This document shows positions 24,401-37,500 of a stretch of 64,000 nucleotides of DNA, in pieces. Every line of letters begins with the position of its first letter. Position 1 is the stretch's first letter. The position numbers and the translations under genes are program-made. This stretch comes from Antechinus flavipes. Lineage: Eukaryota. A model generated the notes under the pieces. It searched no databases, was not told the DNA's origin, and saw nothing but the letters and a program-made list of their open reading frames with translations. The stretch is from positions 196,478,001-196,542,000 of the forward strand of contig NC_067401.1 in NCBI RefSeq assembly GCF_016432865.1, in the 5' to 3' direction.

Positions 24401-25461
24401 TTGAAATGTGTTGTTTTTCTAGTTTACTTTAAAGTTATATGACTAATTATTTCTTCTTCTTTTTTTGTCAATGTCAATGTCAATCTATAAAGAGATATAA
24501 ACTTTACCTTCAGGGCTGCTTTAACTGCATCACACAAGGCTTTTTTGTTTGTTTGTTTGTTTTTGGCATGTTGTCCTATTATTTTCATTTTAGTTGATGA
24601 ACTTATCTACTGTTATTAAAACAAATATAGAAAATAGACCATATGGTCTACTGATGGAAAAATCCAAGAAAAAGTAATGGCCAGTCATATGTCCATGCCT
24701 AGCTAGCATAGAAAGACAGACAGAGTCCCCCATGGATACTTTACAGGGTCAAGAGCACAGCCCATGGGAAGCACTCCATCACAGAGAAAGGATGTGCCCC
24801 AGGGCAAGAGGAAATCTGAGATGAGACTCAGCACTCCCAGATCCATACTAGACTGCCTTGACAGAAATACGTATCAACTAGCAGCTTTTTTACCCCATCT
24901 CTGAGTCATAGATCTAAGGCAGACTGAGGAGATTACTAGTACCCAGCGATGTAGGCAATATGCTAAGAGGAGCAGAGGTTCAGAAACAAGAAGATGCAAT
25001 GTAGCTCAAACCTTAGACGCAGAACAGAGTTTCATTTTCAGCTTCTAGTCTACTCTGAAGTCTATAGAGGAATAATTAGGAATCTCAGAGCAAAGGAGAA
25101 TTTGCCATTCTGTAACTCAGCTTCCCTGCTAGCTGATGGTGAGTCCAACATCTGTCTATTATTGTTCAGATTCAAACACAGCTTAGGAATTTGCAGAATT
25201 CGGATTAGGGGAGGGGGAGGACAGAGACTATCAGACTTTGCCTTGGATCAGACCATTGAAACCATTGAAAGTTTGTGAATCTCCAGCTTGATCTGGTCTT
25301 GAGAACTTGGATCTATACAACACTCAACACTTCAAGAAAGCAGCAACAAGACTAGCCCAGACATTTCCTCTAGAACCCTCAGAGTTCATCAAGTCAAAAG
25401 TATAAAAGCTACCCAATGCAACAGGGACTCTCATCATACAGTCAGAAAACTCTCCCCACTA

Positions 25462-25491
25462 TGTGTGTGTGTGTGCGCGCGCGTGTGTGTG
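25462..25491. repeat. (TG)n(CG)n(TG)n alternating purine-pyrimidine tract
   Basis: tgtgtgtgtgtgtgcgcgcgcgtgtgtgtg, a sequence type able to form Z-DNA. Confidence 0.85.
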
Positions 25492-27449
25492 ACACAAAGT
25501 CTCAATAAAAAACACAACATGGACACAAATTCAACTAGAACTACTGGAATAATGAAATAAGAGTTTAAAATGTTTTTCAATGAATGCAATAGAGCAAAAA
25601 TAATTTTGTGAGCTATGGAAGAAAGCATTGGAAAGGAAATTAACAGCTTGGGACAAAATGCATAAAATCCTGGCCTAGTGACCGAAAATTCCAAGTCGAT
25701 TTATAGAACAACTGGGCCAATAAGAAGCTCCCACAATATCACATGAGTGTACTTATTTCCCATATTGATCAATTCCAATATAGGCTGTTTTTCCTCATAT
25801 TTTGACATCAATTGTTTTAATGTGCATTTCTCTTCATATGGCTATTGATAGAATTAATTTCATCTTTGAAACTTTACATATTTTGACCATATATCACTTT
25901 GAGAATACTCCAGTTTTATTTATTTGTTGTAAGATTAAGACTGATATACAGAGATATAGAAATAATTTGTAAAATAATTGCTTGTATATTTTGAGTATGA
26001 AACTCTGATCAGACATGATGATCAAATTTTCTCTCAAAAATAGTTTCTATTTCTTGATGTAGCCAAATTTCTCTTGTCCATATAAAGGCTTATAAATGTT
26101 ACACAATCAAAATTGTCTCTTTTATTTTTTAAGATTACCTCTGTTCCTTGTTTGGTTATGACTTCTTTCTAAACATAATTGTGAAAGTAACTTCCTATTT
26201 TTCTCTTTTTTTTTTGTTCCAATTGACTTTGACTGGAATCAATTGACTGGGGCTTATTGTAGTATATGGTATAAGAAGCTAATATAAATATGTTTTCTGC
26301 CAAACTATTTCCTAGTTTCCTCCAAAATTCATATTTACCTCAAAATTACAGTATTTTAGACATTATGATTATTTCACCCAAACCTGTAATTTTTATAAGA
26401 ATAAGAAGATCCTGACTATGCAGCTCCATTTACACAGATCAGCAATTGTCATGTAAAACCTTAGAAAGTTTCCTAGAGAATTGAAAGGTTAAGTGATTTA
26501 CCCAGGAATTGTAACCAGAGGTGAGATTCAAATGAAGGTTATACTGATGCCAATTTTGGCATTCCATTCACTAGTCCACACTGTCTCTTAGACTCTCACA
26601 ATTATGTCTCAGCATATAGCTACAATATAACCATGGAGATACAGGAGTATTTTGGGCAAGTTGCTACTTCTTTTTGTATCTCCATTTCACTACAGAATAG
26701 TCAATAGTCAACAAATATTTGTTAATTAAATATTTACTATGTGCTAAGTATTGAAGAGTGGGATATTAAGCTAATCTTTAGTCTCTTCTATAGCTAATGT
26801 TTGATGATTATTTCAAATATAAAGCATTTGAAGATGCACTTAAATTTGCTGTAATTGATAATTATTTTGTTTCTTTCCAAGCATTAATAAACATATCTTA
26901 TCAGAGCTATGGCAATATATGATAGAGACAGATATTACAGATACACACACACACACACACACACACACTATGGCTATATATGTTTATCCTAGCCTTCACT
27001 GACCAAGTGTGAGAGCTCTTTCCAAGACTGAAGCCCTGTTTGTCTCTCCTATTCTGTGAAAGCAGGGCCTGCAGCTGGAGTCAAGAGAGAGAAGGAAATT
27101 TTGGGTTCCTCCTGGAGAAGTGTCACCTGACTACTAACAGATTCATAGACTGTTAAACAGGAATGAATCTTAAAGATCCTATTAACCTTAGAAATCATAA
27201 AGACCAACTTCTTCAGGTAACAAATGAAGAAACTGAATCCCAGAAAAAGGAGCTTGCCCAAAATCATACAACAAAATCATGAAAGTATGGAAATTAGAAC
27301 TATGCTCTTTTGAGTCTCAGCCTGAGTTTTTTGCTTCTATACATTTTTTTGTTTCTAAATCCTCTGAGCAGCTCCCAATGATTACACCAGGCTCTGAATA
27401 CATGAAGTTTATTATAAAACCAAGAGATAGAATAATATATGAGGATGCC

Positions 27450-30400
27450 TCACTCATCATAGAATTGGGGCAGCTCCTTCCCCAGGATGATTTCCTGCTT
27501 GGTGCCAGCAGCTGTGATGGTGACCAAATAGATGACCCCTCCACTGGAGCCATCCCTTCCCATGGCCAGAGCAATAGCTGTTGAGAGATTTGAACAGGTA
27601 GAACAAAAGGCAGTTTTATCTTGGTTCAAGACCCTTTTGTCCGTCTCTCCAAACTATACTCAGAGCCCAGTATATCTATCCTTTTGGGAGGCTTGTCCCC
27701 TTATTTGCTGTTCCCCTCCAAAAGACCACTATTGTAATCCTAATTTCCCTTTTCCTCTTCCCCAAAAGATAGTTACCATTAGTAGTGAATTGTCTGCACT
27801 CCTCAGGGGACATGCCTGGTTTATAGCTGGCATCCACATAGCCATAAATGTAGGTACTCCCAGAGCCCCCTATAGCAAAAGGTTGCCGAATGAGCATCCC
27901 TTCTAAGGTTCCATATACCTGAGATAAGGTAATAAAAAAGTAAAATGATGATGATAATTTATATAGCATTTAATACGTGTCAGGCACTGTGCTAAGCACT
28001 CTACAGTTATTAATTTTTTTTGATTTTCACAAGAACCTTGGGAAATAGGTGGTAATATTATCTCCATTTAACATATAAGGAAACTAGGCAAAAAGAGGCT
28101 AAGTAACTTGCCCAGGGTCACACAGCTAGTAAATGAAGCCAGATTTGAACTCATATTTTCCTGACTAGAGTTTTCTTTTGGAGCCCAGTAGGAGAGAACC
28201 TTCATACCCTATGCTTTAAATTCCCCACTTCAAACCTCACTGAAACTACCCATTAATCTTTAGCACTGTAATTTTGGCCATCATTGACAATGTGACTTAT
28301 GACCCCCCCCCAGCTAATTACAAGGGGAGTGATCCTCTTAAGAGGGTCTCACCTGGCCTCCTTGGTATGGATCCCAGCCAGCTACCATCAGATGGGCTGA
28401 AAGTTCTTCCCGGTATTTATAAGTGATATTCTTCACAATGTTTGCAGCAGACAGAACAAGAGGCTGTTTTTCTAGTTCCATCCTAGAGAGACTGATAGTT
28501 ACTATTCCCTGAAATATTATATTCCTGTTCCTCCTCTCACAAATTAAGCATAAAACTCTGTACCTGGAATACCCCAAACTCCAATTTCACTACACTTCTA
28601 GCAAAGCTTTGATATCTGCTTTCCCCTCTCCATCCCAACACAAATTATACATTCCTTTGGCGGATACTAGAATCCTTATTATGTCTAAAGAAAGCTATAA
28701 ATTTCCCACCATATCATTTATCTACTCATCAAAGTTTCTCTACTCTGTGAATGTTAAGTAACATTGAATGAGAGTAATGGAATAAAGAGGGGGATATTTA
28801 GCTGTAGTCGTTTGGATTATATGAAGAAATGAATAAAAAAAATTCCAAGATCATTCTATGACTCATACCCATGGAGTTCCAGCTGGTATGTGGCCATGTC
28901 AGCTATAGCCTGGGCATCAGCAGCTGAACCAGATAATGCACAATAGATTTGTTGGTGCAGAGGGGCCAACTTGTTAAACACTCGGTTCACTACAGCAGTT
29001 CTAAATGGTGAAGGAAGGAGATGATTAGGGAGAGAATATTAAGGGAGGGTGAACAATAAAGACCTGATAATTATTTGCTTATCCTTTTCAGTTATACATT
29101 TCAATTATCGTGGAGTTCTCTCTGTTAAAAAGATATTTTCTACCCTAGTATCTATGTTTCATGTAACCTGCAGTCATCATCCTTTTAAATTTTCTTCCAT
29201 AGTTTGCTTCCAACTTGTTACTTCAGCCTCTACTGTGTTATTAATGTTGTCTCCCACTTTTTCAAAACTCACTCCCAAAGCTTCTTATGGCTGGACTAGG
29301 TAGCATGCCTGTTTGGGGAGAGTCCTGTAACCGCTGATTCTCCTGATACTTACCCTGCAGAAACTCGGGAATCAGAACCCACCACGACACCTCCATCAAA
29401 CTCCACTGCCATTATAGTTGTCTATAGAAACACAGACTTTTAAGTTGTAAAAATGAAAGAGACTTTTGGATCTCCCCATTCCATTCTATAAATTACAGGA
29501 AATAGATGCACCAAAGTTGTTACAAGTTTGATTAGTGGCAAAGCTAGAAGTAGAATCCAAGGGGTCTGACTTCCAATATGCTGTTCTTTCTATTTTCTCC
29601 CACTCCTTTCTAGGGTATGAAGAGGTATCTTAACCTGCTAATGGTCAGACCCTTTTCCCTACCAGGACTTTATTGCTTTTGTCTCAAATTCCCCCCAAAT
29701 GACATCCTTTTCTACCATAGGTAAAAGAATATCAGGAAGATACCAGGAATCATTTGTTACCTTTTTGAGGAGGGAAGGTTTTGGGATGTGGGATGGAGGG
29801 AAAATTGTGGGTACCTTTACAAATCTGGCAGTTTCCATGTTGAAATGATCTCCAATGTAAAAACTTGGAATGTGTGACATTTTGTATCTAGATATGGTAC
29901 TAGCTGGGGAGGGAGGTTGACCATGAATTTGTTAAATGGGAATTTTTGCTTGTCTGATCACAATAAATTTACATGATTCCCAGAATGGTGAAGTGAGGGT
30001 TGGGTATTTAGGAGCTAGGCCAGGAGGACAATTTTTTTTTTCTTTCTTCCTCCATTTAAATCCCGCCCAGTGCTCTTGATCCAACTCAATGAAGGTCATT
30101 TCCTCCAAAACCTTTTTCCACCAGATCACCTCATGCCCTCCTCAGAATTGTAGTTTCTATGTAGATGTTGAGTAGTGGCAAATAAGTGCATGTCAGACTT
30201 CTGCTTGCTGCTACTTTATTTCCTCTTCCCCATATTCTTAAGGCAATCGGTTTATGGGTTGAATCCCCAGAACAGGCTTGTGTGGTGGGATTAGCATGGT
30301 CACACCTGAATCAAGGATGAAGATTACTTGGGCACCACCAGACAGGGGTATTTCCCAAACTGCACTTATAGTTCTTTCTCTCCTCATGAGTACTTCTGGA

Positions 30401-30912
30401 AGCAGTCTATGTGATGAATTGATACCTCTTTAAAAATTATTTTCCATCACTCCATGTTTCCATTCAACCAGCTCCCATGGTCCAAGTGACTACGGGATTA
30501 CTTCCTAGAGTTTACCTTCTCTCCCCCACCCCCCACCCCCAAATCTTCCAATCTATCCTGACACGTTTCCCCAGGCAAGCGAAAGCGAAAGGGCTTGAGA
30601 CTCTCTTGTCCCCTGGACTCTGCCGCAGAGTCTGGACACTCCTCTTGAACCTCCTCTGGCAACGTTTAGAGTTATCTACACTTCATACTATTAAATTGCC
30701 TCTCCCAAAGTGAGGGTTTTCTTTTTTTCTTGAAATGAGTCTGAAAGGGTAATGAAGGGCTACTTTCACGTGTATTCTTTGGTCAGTCCCTGACGCCCGG
30801 TTTCCAAAACCGTACCCCTTCTCCAGCCCTCTTCGCGGTCCCTCAAGCCTCTTACCCCGGTATGGACTTCTCCGACTCCAGGAAGGTCCCCAAAATAAGA
30901 GTTCTCTCGCAT
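27450..30912 (-). CDS. PSMB9: Proteasome subunit beta type-9 (LMP2, beta1i)
   Basis: Six exons: 30912-30856, 29421-29354, 29000-28869, 28482-28353, 27918-27777, 27577-27450 (657 nt, 218 aa). Propeptide [19 protein letters not shown], catalytic [40 protein letters not shown] and C-terminus ELPQFYDE. All junctions are GT-AG and in phase. Confidence 0.98.
30577..30591 (+). promoter_or_regulatory. IRF element in PSMB9 intron 1
   Basis: AAGCGAAAGCGAAAG is a perfect GAAANNGAAA ISRE/IRF-E core. Confidence 0.6.
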
Positions 30913-31502
30913 CCTTCCAATACCGTACACTGCTCCTTTCTGTCTCCGGTACTACTTTCTGACTAGGGATCGCACCCAGCACCGTCCCACTTTGCTCTGC
31001 TTCCCTCCAGGGGGCGCGTCTGTTATACTGGACTTCGGTCCAGTCTTGCTCCTAACCTGTTTAAAGCTGAGCTGCTCCGTAACTGGTGACGCTAAACCTT
31101 TGCGAAGACCAATGAGAAGAAGAGGTTCTTCTGAGCGGAGAACAGCTTTCGGGGTTGAAGTTGTGGTTGGAGGAGTGAAGTAAGGGGAGGAGCAAGTCAG
31201 CTTCTTTTCCCTTTCAAGTCTCAGACCTAGGTCTGGAATCTCCCGAGTGGGACGGTCTTGGCGAGGCGGATCCAAGGAAACGCGGTAGCTTTCGATTTCT
31301 TTTCCTGGAAACCCCTTTACTTCTCGCTACTGAGCAATCGCGCCGGGGCCCGCCTCTTCTACTTCTAGCCCGCCCCTGTCGTGGCCCATCCAAGGAACCT
31401 TTTTGGGATATAGACATCAGCATTCCCTGGACCAAGACCGTGAGCCAAAGGGCGGAGAAATACAGAGGTGTCGGACTCAGGACCCCGGACAGCGCCCCGA
31501 GC
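30913..31502. promoter_or_regulatory. PSMB9/TAP1 bidirectional promoter
   Basis: 590 bp separate the two divergent ATGs. It contains IRF-E GCTTTCGATTTC (31288-31299), GAS TTCCTGGAA (31302-31310), kappaB-like GGAATCTCCC (31235-31244) and GC boxes near 31345-31380. It is CpG-rich with no obvious TATA box. Confidence 0.9.
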
Positions 31503-34500
31503 ATGGCTGACTCGAAGTCTCTCGCATCTCTCCAATGCCCCCGACCCCTCTCTGGGGGGCTGAAGGCGCTGCTGCTATTGCTGCTCACAGACTGGGCGCT
31601 GCTCCGTCCGGCACTGCCTCGGACCCTGCTCTGGCTCCTGCCCACTGGGCCTCCGCTGCTCCGAGTCTGGGGGGTGGGCTTGGGCCGTTGGGGTCTGTTG
31701 TGGCTAGGTTTGCGCTGGACCACTAACAGAGAAAGGGCCGACGCTAAAAGCTGGAGGAGTGCTCTAAGGCCCCTGGCGGCAGCGCTGGGGTTGGCTCTGC
31801 CCGGGCTCGCCTCGTTCCGGACTCTAATTGGAAGGGACGCTCCAAGTAGCGGAGGTGGGGTCGGGCCGCTGTACTGGGGGAGCCGACTCGACGCTTTTGC
31901 TCTCAGCTATGCTGTGGCACTGTCGGCGCTCGTCCTGTGGCAGAAACTTGGAAACCTTTGGACGCTGTCCGATCCCATGGGTTCGGGGTCCATCATGCAC
32001 CGGCTGCTGGGCTTTCTGGGCCCAGAACTGCGACGCTTCCCACTAGTGATGTTCTTCCTCGTGTTGTCCTGTCTAGGTGAGGAGAGAGGTTTATTCAAGG
32101 GACTGGGCATCTTTGGGAGAATTGAGGATTATGGAGTGTGAGTAAGGGAGACATGAGAGAAGTTCAGAAGCAGAACTTCATGACCAAAACCTCTGATTCC
32201 AAATCTAGTGGACTTGCCTTCAAACCACAACTGCCTAGGAGTCAGGAGACCTGGATCATAATAATAATATTGTATGACTGAGAAGTTCATTTTATCTTTC
32301 TATATTTCAATCTCAAATGCGGGGTTGGACTGCAATCTCAAAGGATCTAATATAGGAGGTCTAACATTCTATGCTTTGTGGAAATAATAAGAATATTGGG
32401 GTGTATATGTGTCATAGAGGTGATTCTTTAGGTGAGGGGCTTGTCTATTTCTGTACCAGGGAAGATGGGGATGTAGTCCATCTGGAAATCCCCAGTCTTG
32501 ATGTAATAAACCTCCAATAATTTGTTGATTAACTAACATTCTCTTCTTCTCTACCTCAATACCTCCAGGAGAGATGGCTATTCCATTCTTTACTGGTCAC
32601 CTCACAGACTGGATCCTGCAGGATGAAGCAGCTGCTATCTTCAACCACAATATAGTTTTCATGTCAATTCTGACACTAACCAGGTCTGAAAACTGGGCTA
32701 GAAAACTCAGAGAATGGGAAACTTGGGAAACAAGTTGTAAGCTAGGACTCCACTCTGGAAGGGTCAATACACCAAAAAGACTCCCTTATCTACAAGTATT
32801 GTGTCCTATTAAAGTTCTCCTTTCCCTTTCATTTCTTTCCAGTGCTTTGTTAGAGTTCTTGGGTGATGGAATTTATAATTACACTATGGGCCGAGCCCAC
32901 AGCAATCTTCAAGGACAAGTGTTCCGGGCTGTGCTGTCCCAGGAGACTGACTTTTTTCAACAAAACCAAACAGGTGAGTCCTTATACCCTCACATGAGAC
33001 ATTATTAGACTCCTTTCTATCTATTCCCTTATAACAAAAAGCAACTATCATTCATTAAGTACCAAATTTATTCAGAGAGCTGTGCTAGGTGCTAGAGGGG
33101 AGAGACAATTTAGTCAAGAACCAGTCCCTATCTTTCTGGAGTCTACTGTCTAATAGGCTGGGAACATTCATTAAAGCAATTTGAATGGGGAGATCTATGT
33201 GAGTCCAAGGAGCTTTAAAATGAGAAGACTCATTTGTCCCCAACATTTGGTTCCAAAAGTCTCTCCAAATCAATGATCACATGGTGATTCAGTGGTCCAC
33301 ACCAAGGAACAAAGAGAAAATCATGCACAAGACTTCTGTTTACAAAGGACATATGTCAAAGAATAGTCTATAAAACTGAATGAAGCCTTAAGATTGCTGG
33401 GAACAGGAGCAGTATTGTCATCTTCTATAGGAAGGCCAACATAACATAGTGGATTCAGTTCTGGATTGGAGTCAGAAAGACTTGGGGTTCAATTCAGCAT
33501 TAGATACTTACTGGCTACAGAATCCTGGACAAGGCTTTTAACTTATTTATTCATCTGTAAAAATAAATGACTGGATTTTTTGCCCTCTTAGATCCTTTCC
33601 AATTCTGTCTTTCAATCCATCTTCAATGATATCATCATCTGTATCCAAATTGGGCTAATCTTGTGGCAGCTTCAAATATAACTTCACAGCTTCTCCTTTT
33701 TGTATGGAAAATATCCATCTCTAATGCATGCTATTGGGACATGCATTCTAATACAGGAAATGATGGGGGACAAGGTATTATCTGTAACCATGCTACCAAA
33801 TTTCTGCTTTTAGATTTTTAAGTGAAAGAATTAATTTAAGGTGGAGTATGTGGGGACCATTAAAATGATACCCAATGTAGTTTTGGCTAACAAAGGGAGA
33901 TGATGGAGAATCTCATCCATGATCCCAGTTGCTATGAAGCAGGGCCCTTTGAACCTAGGTGCATATTTACCTGTGTAATCATATTTCAGAAGATGGAGGA
34001 GACCATTTTGGCTAGTTAAAAGGATAAAAGCAAAAATATAGTAAAAAGTAATTAAGATTATTTAGGTAGACAGTAATTTCCTCAATTCATATTTATTAAA
34101 GAGCTACTGTATACTAAATAGGGCAGCTAAATGGTACAATGGATGGAATGCCAAGCCTGGAATGAAGAGGACCTGAACTCAAATCCAACTTCATCTATTT
34201 ACCAACTGTATGAACCTAGAGGAGTCACTTAACCCAGTTTACCTCAGTTTCTTCATTTGTAAAATGAGCTACAAAAGGAGATAGCAAGCCTCTCTAGTAT
34301 CTTTGCTGCAAAAAATCCCAAATGAACTCACAAAGAATTGGACATGACTGATCAACAAAACAACAACGATGATATGCTAGGTACTATGCTAAGCAATGTA
34401 GATATAAAACAGGGAAAGAATAGTTCCTGACTTGAGAGTTTATAATTTAGTGAAGGAAGATACAAAAGAAAGCTGAAAAGCTGGGGGGGGGGCAGAAGAT

Positions 34501-37500
34501 TGGTATTCAGCTCAGGGCCATAATGGGGAAATCCAGAAGAATGCAATGCAGCTGATGGAAAGGAAGACATGGATGGTCTGAGCACCTTTCTTACATAGAG
34601 ATTCTAGGAGAAGCTATCCACTTTCCAATCAGATGGAGAAAGGTGCTGATGCAAGGTCAATTTCAGGGCTGAAATGCTTTTGCAGGACAATGAGGTTCAC
34701 CATGATGGAGATGTCCAGAGAAGTGCATCTGGTGGGAACAGTAGTGGTCATAGAAATGAAGGTATTCCTATAGCTTTCTTCCTCTAGATCACTTGGCCAA
34801 TAGGAGGAAGAGGACTTTGGTTCATTGGGTCATTTTCTGAAGTGAAAATAAAAAGTTTTCTGGAGAAGGATCTTAGAACTTCCCCCCTAAAGATTCTATA
34901 TATGAATGCTAGTTCAGATTCTTCCTGTCTCTGGTTCTCTGTCTCTTTCTCTCAGTTTCTCTGAGTCTCTCCTCAGTCTCTCTCTCTCTGTCTCTCTGAA
35001 GCCTTCATTATTAATCTATGTGCATGTGCACTTATATATATATATTTTTTGGAGAGTAAGGATGCTGCTTGAAGTTACAAAATTTTAAGAAGCAAGTATA
35101 TCTATCTGCATAATATAAGAAAGGTCACAAAGCAGATACTGAAATGAATCATGTCAATCATAGTTTAAGAGGCCCTACAGCATCTCAGGAACAGAACACT
35201 AACATGGCTAGCTACAATATACAATATTAAATGATAAGTTATGGGGAAGGAAAAGGCTACTTATAATGTGATGGAAAAGAGGAAATCAGGATGGATTCTT
35301 GGGAGGAGGAACACTAAAGTTAAGCTTGAAAGAGTGTAGAGAAATTCACAGGCAAAGGTGGGGAAAGTGAACTTTTCAGGCATAAGGAACAAAGGCATGG
35401 CAGCATGAGAGTTTATGAGGACAGAGAGCACAGATTGTACAAAAGAGAGTATTGTGACAGAAATGAAAGGAGAAGGTCGTTAAGGAGGGTGCTGAATGAC
35501 GGGAGGAATATGAATATTATTTAGTAGACAGTAGGGAACTTCTGAAAATTTGTGCAGAGAAGTTTACATGATGAAATCTATGCCCAAGGATGCTTCTTTT
35601 GGCAGCAGTATGAAGGACAGACTGGAGGGAGGAGAGAGTCAGGGCAAAAAGCTTCTTACAATAGTCCAATGGATGGAAATTAGTGGGGAGTTTCATTCCA
35701 GGATGGTAGCAGGGGGAATGGAACAGGCCACCCCCAGAGTCCTATCTTTCCTTACGCCTTTTATACAACCACATATAGAAGTGATCATATTTTCTTTGGC
35801 CTTTACAGCCAAAGATCAGAAAGGACACACTATTAAAAACACACTCTATGCACTCTCTTATTCTCAAAACCAGAGAGATTTGCCTCCTCATACTCTTATC
35901 TCTACATAGTCCCAATAATTTGCCAAGTTTAGAATTTGAACTCTTGGCCTTCTGGTTCCACAGCTGCACAGATGACACCATTAGATTCCCAAGAACTTTG
36001 CAACTGTAATCTCTGTCCAGCACCCAAATTCACGCACTTCTCTCTATTCATTTTGATACCCCATAAGCCCTTTAGGGGCACTTCAAGAGTGCCTGAGCTA
36101 ATTAGCCCCTACCCTTATTCCAAAATGTTCACAGACATTTTCCTATGGGCCTCAGACTCTCTTCACATTTTCATTTCCCTCTCAACTATTCCAGACTCTC
36201 AACTCTTGCCATTCCCTGAACTTTCCCTCCTCCTCCTTAGGTGCTATCACATCTCGGGTGTCAGAGGACACAGCCACGCTGAGTGAGTCCCTGAGTGAGA
36301 AGCTAAGCTTGCTCTTGTGGTATTTATTTCGAGGACTTTGCCTGTTGGGATTTATGATGTGGGGGTCCCTGACCCTCACTCTGGTCACGTTGATTGCTTT
36401 GCCTGTGCTTTTCTTCCTGCCCAAGGAGCTGGGTAAGTGGCATCAGGTAAGTTCAGGAAATTATTTTTTCTAGCATCTCTCCTCAACTTTGGATCTACTT
36501 TCCTAAGTCCCAGTCAGTTCTTTACTCTTAGCTATGATGAGCTTAGTTTCTTTGACTCTCCTTTGCCCCCATGCTGAACAAGACTAGAGAGTATATAATC
36601 TTTACCTGTGGATCTAATGGTTCTCCTATCTGAACTTTGGACTTTCTCTACTGTAGTCTCTAGAGTATTCACTAGCCATTTTTTTCATTATATCCTCTCA
36701 TTATGCCAGTTCTTTACAATTCTTTCTAGGGTAGTTTTTTTGTGCCTCTATTCTTTTCTCTTCTGTGTACATCCAAATTCTGGTGTCCTTATGTTACTAT
36801 TGTTTCTATGGGGGATGACATAATCCTTCCTTCTGGTTTCACTCTTTCCCCTTGTCTTTGTATTTCTTAACTCTGATGCATTGTCCCTAAGAATTTACAT
36901 CAGAGAAAAACAAGAACAACAGTAATAGCAATAATAATAATGCTAATAGTAATAATATTAGTGCACTAAAACACTGGGCATTTGTTATCTTATTTGATTC
37001 TCACAACATCCCTGAGAAGTAGAGGCTATGATTGCTTCCAATTTATAGAAAAAGAAACTGATGCTGGGAGTGGTTAAATAATTGGCCCCAGGGCCACACA
37101 ATTAATGTCCGAGGGACGATTTAAACTTTCCTTAGCTCCAAATTCAAATCTTTATCATACCAACTAGCACGTCATGTAAAATGGTTTTTAGAGCACGTTA
37201 CAGTTTATAAAGCTCTTTCCTCATACCTATCCATGAGGGATAAGCTAGTGCAAGTGTTATTTCCATTTTTCAGATAAGGAAAATGAAGAACAGAAATCAC
37301 TCATTTGTCAGATCAGTAGCCAGGCAGTAACAGAGCTTAGACTAGGCTTCAGGCTCCCTAGCTCCCCAAGTAGTACACCTGTTGCTGCCTTCCTACAAAG
37401 TCTCCCTTCTCCAGGAAGGCCCTGGGTAAATGTTCAGTGACCCCTTGAAATTGTTCTCTTCTGTGGCCTGATAACATAGGGGGTGATCTGATCTACCAGA

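Noticed and set aside
31440-31502. N-terminal extension of TAP1 suggested by the ORF track
   Set aside because: It starts at GTG and I saw no in-frame upstream ATG in the stretch I checked. The ATG at 31503 aligns with the start of the human 748-aa protein.
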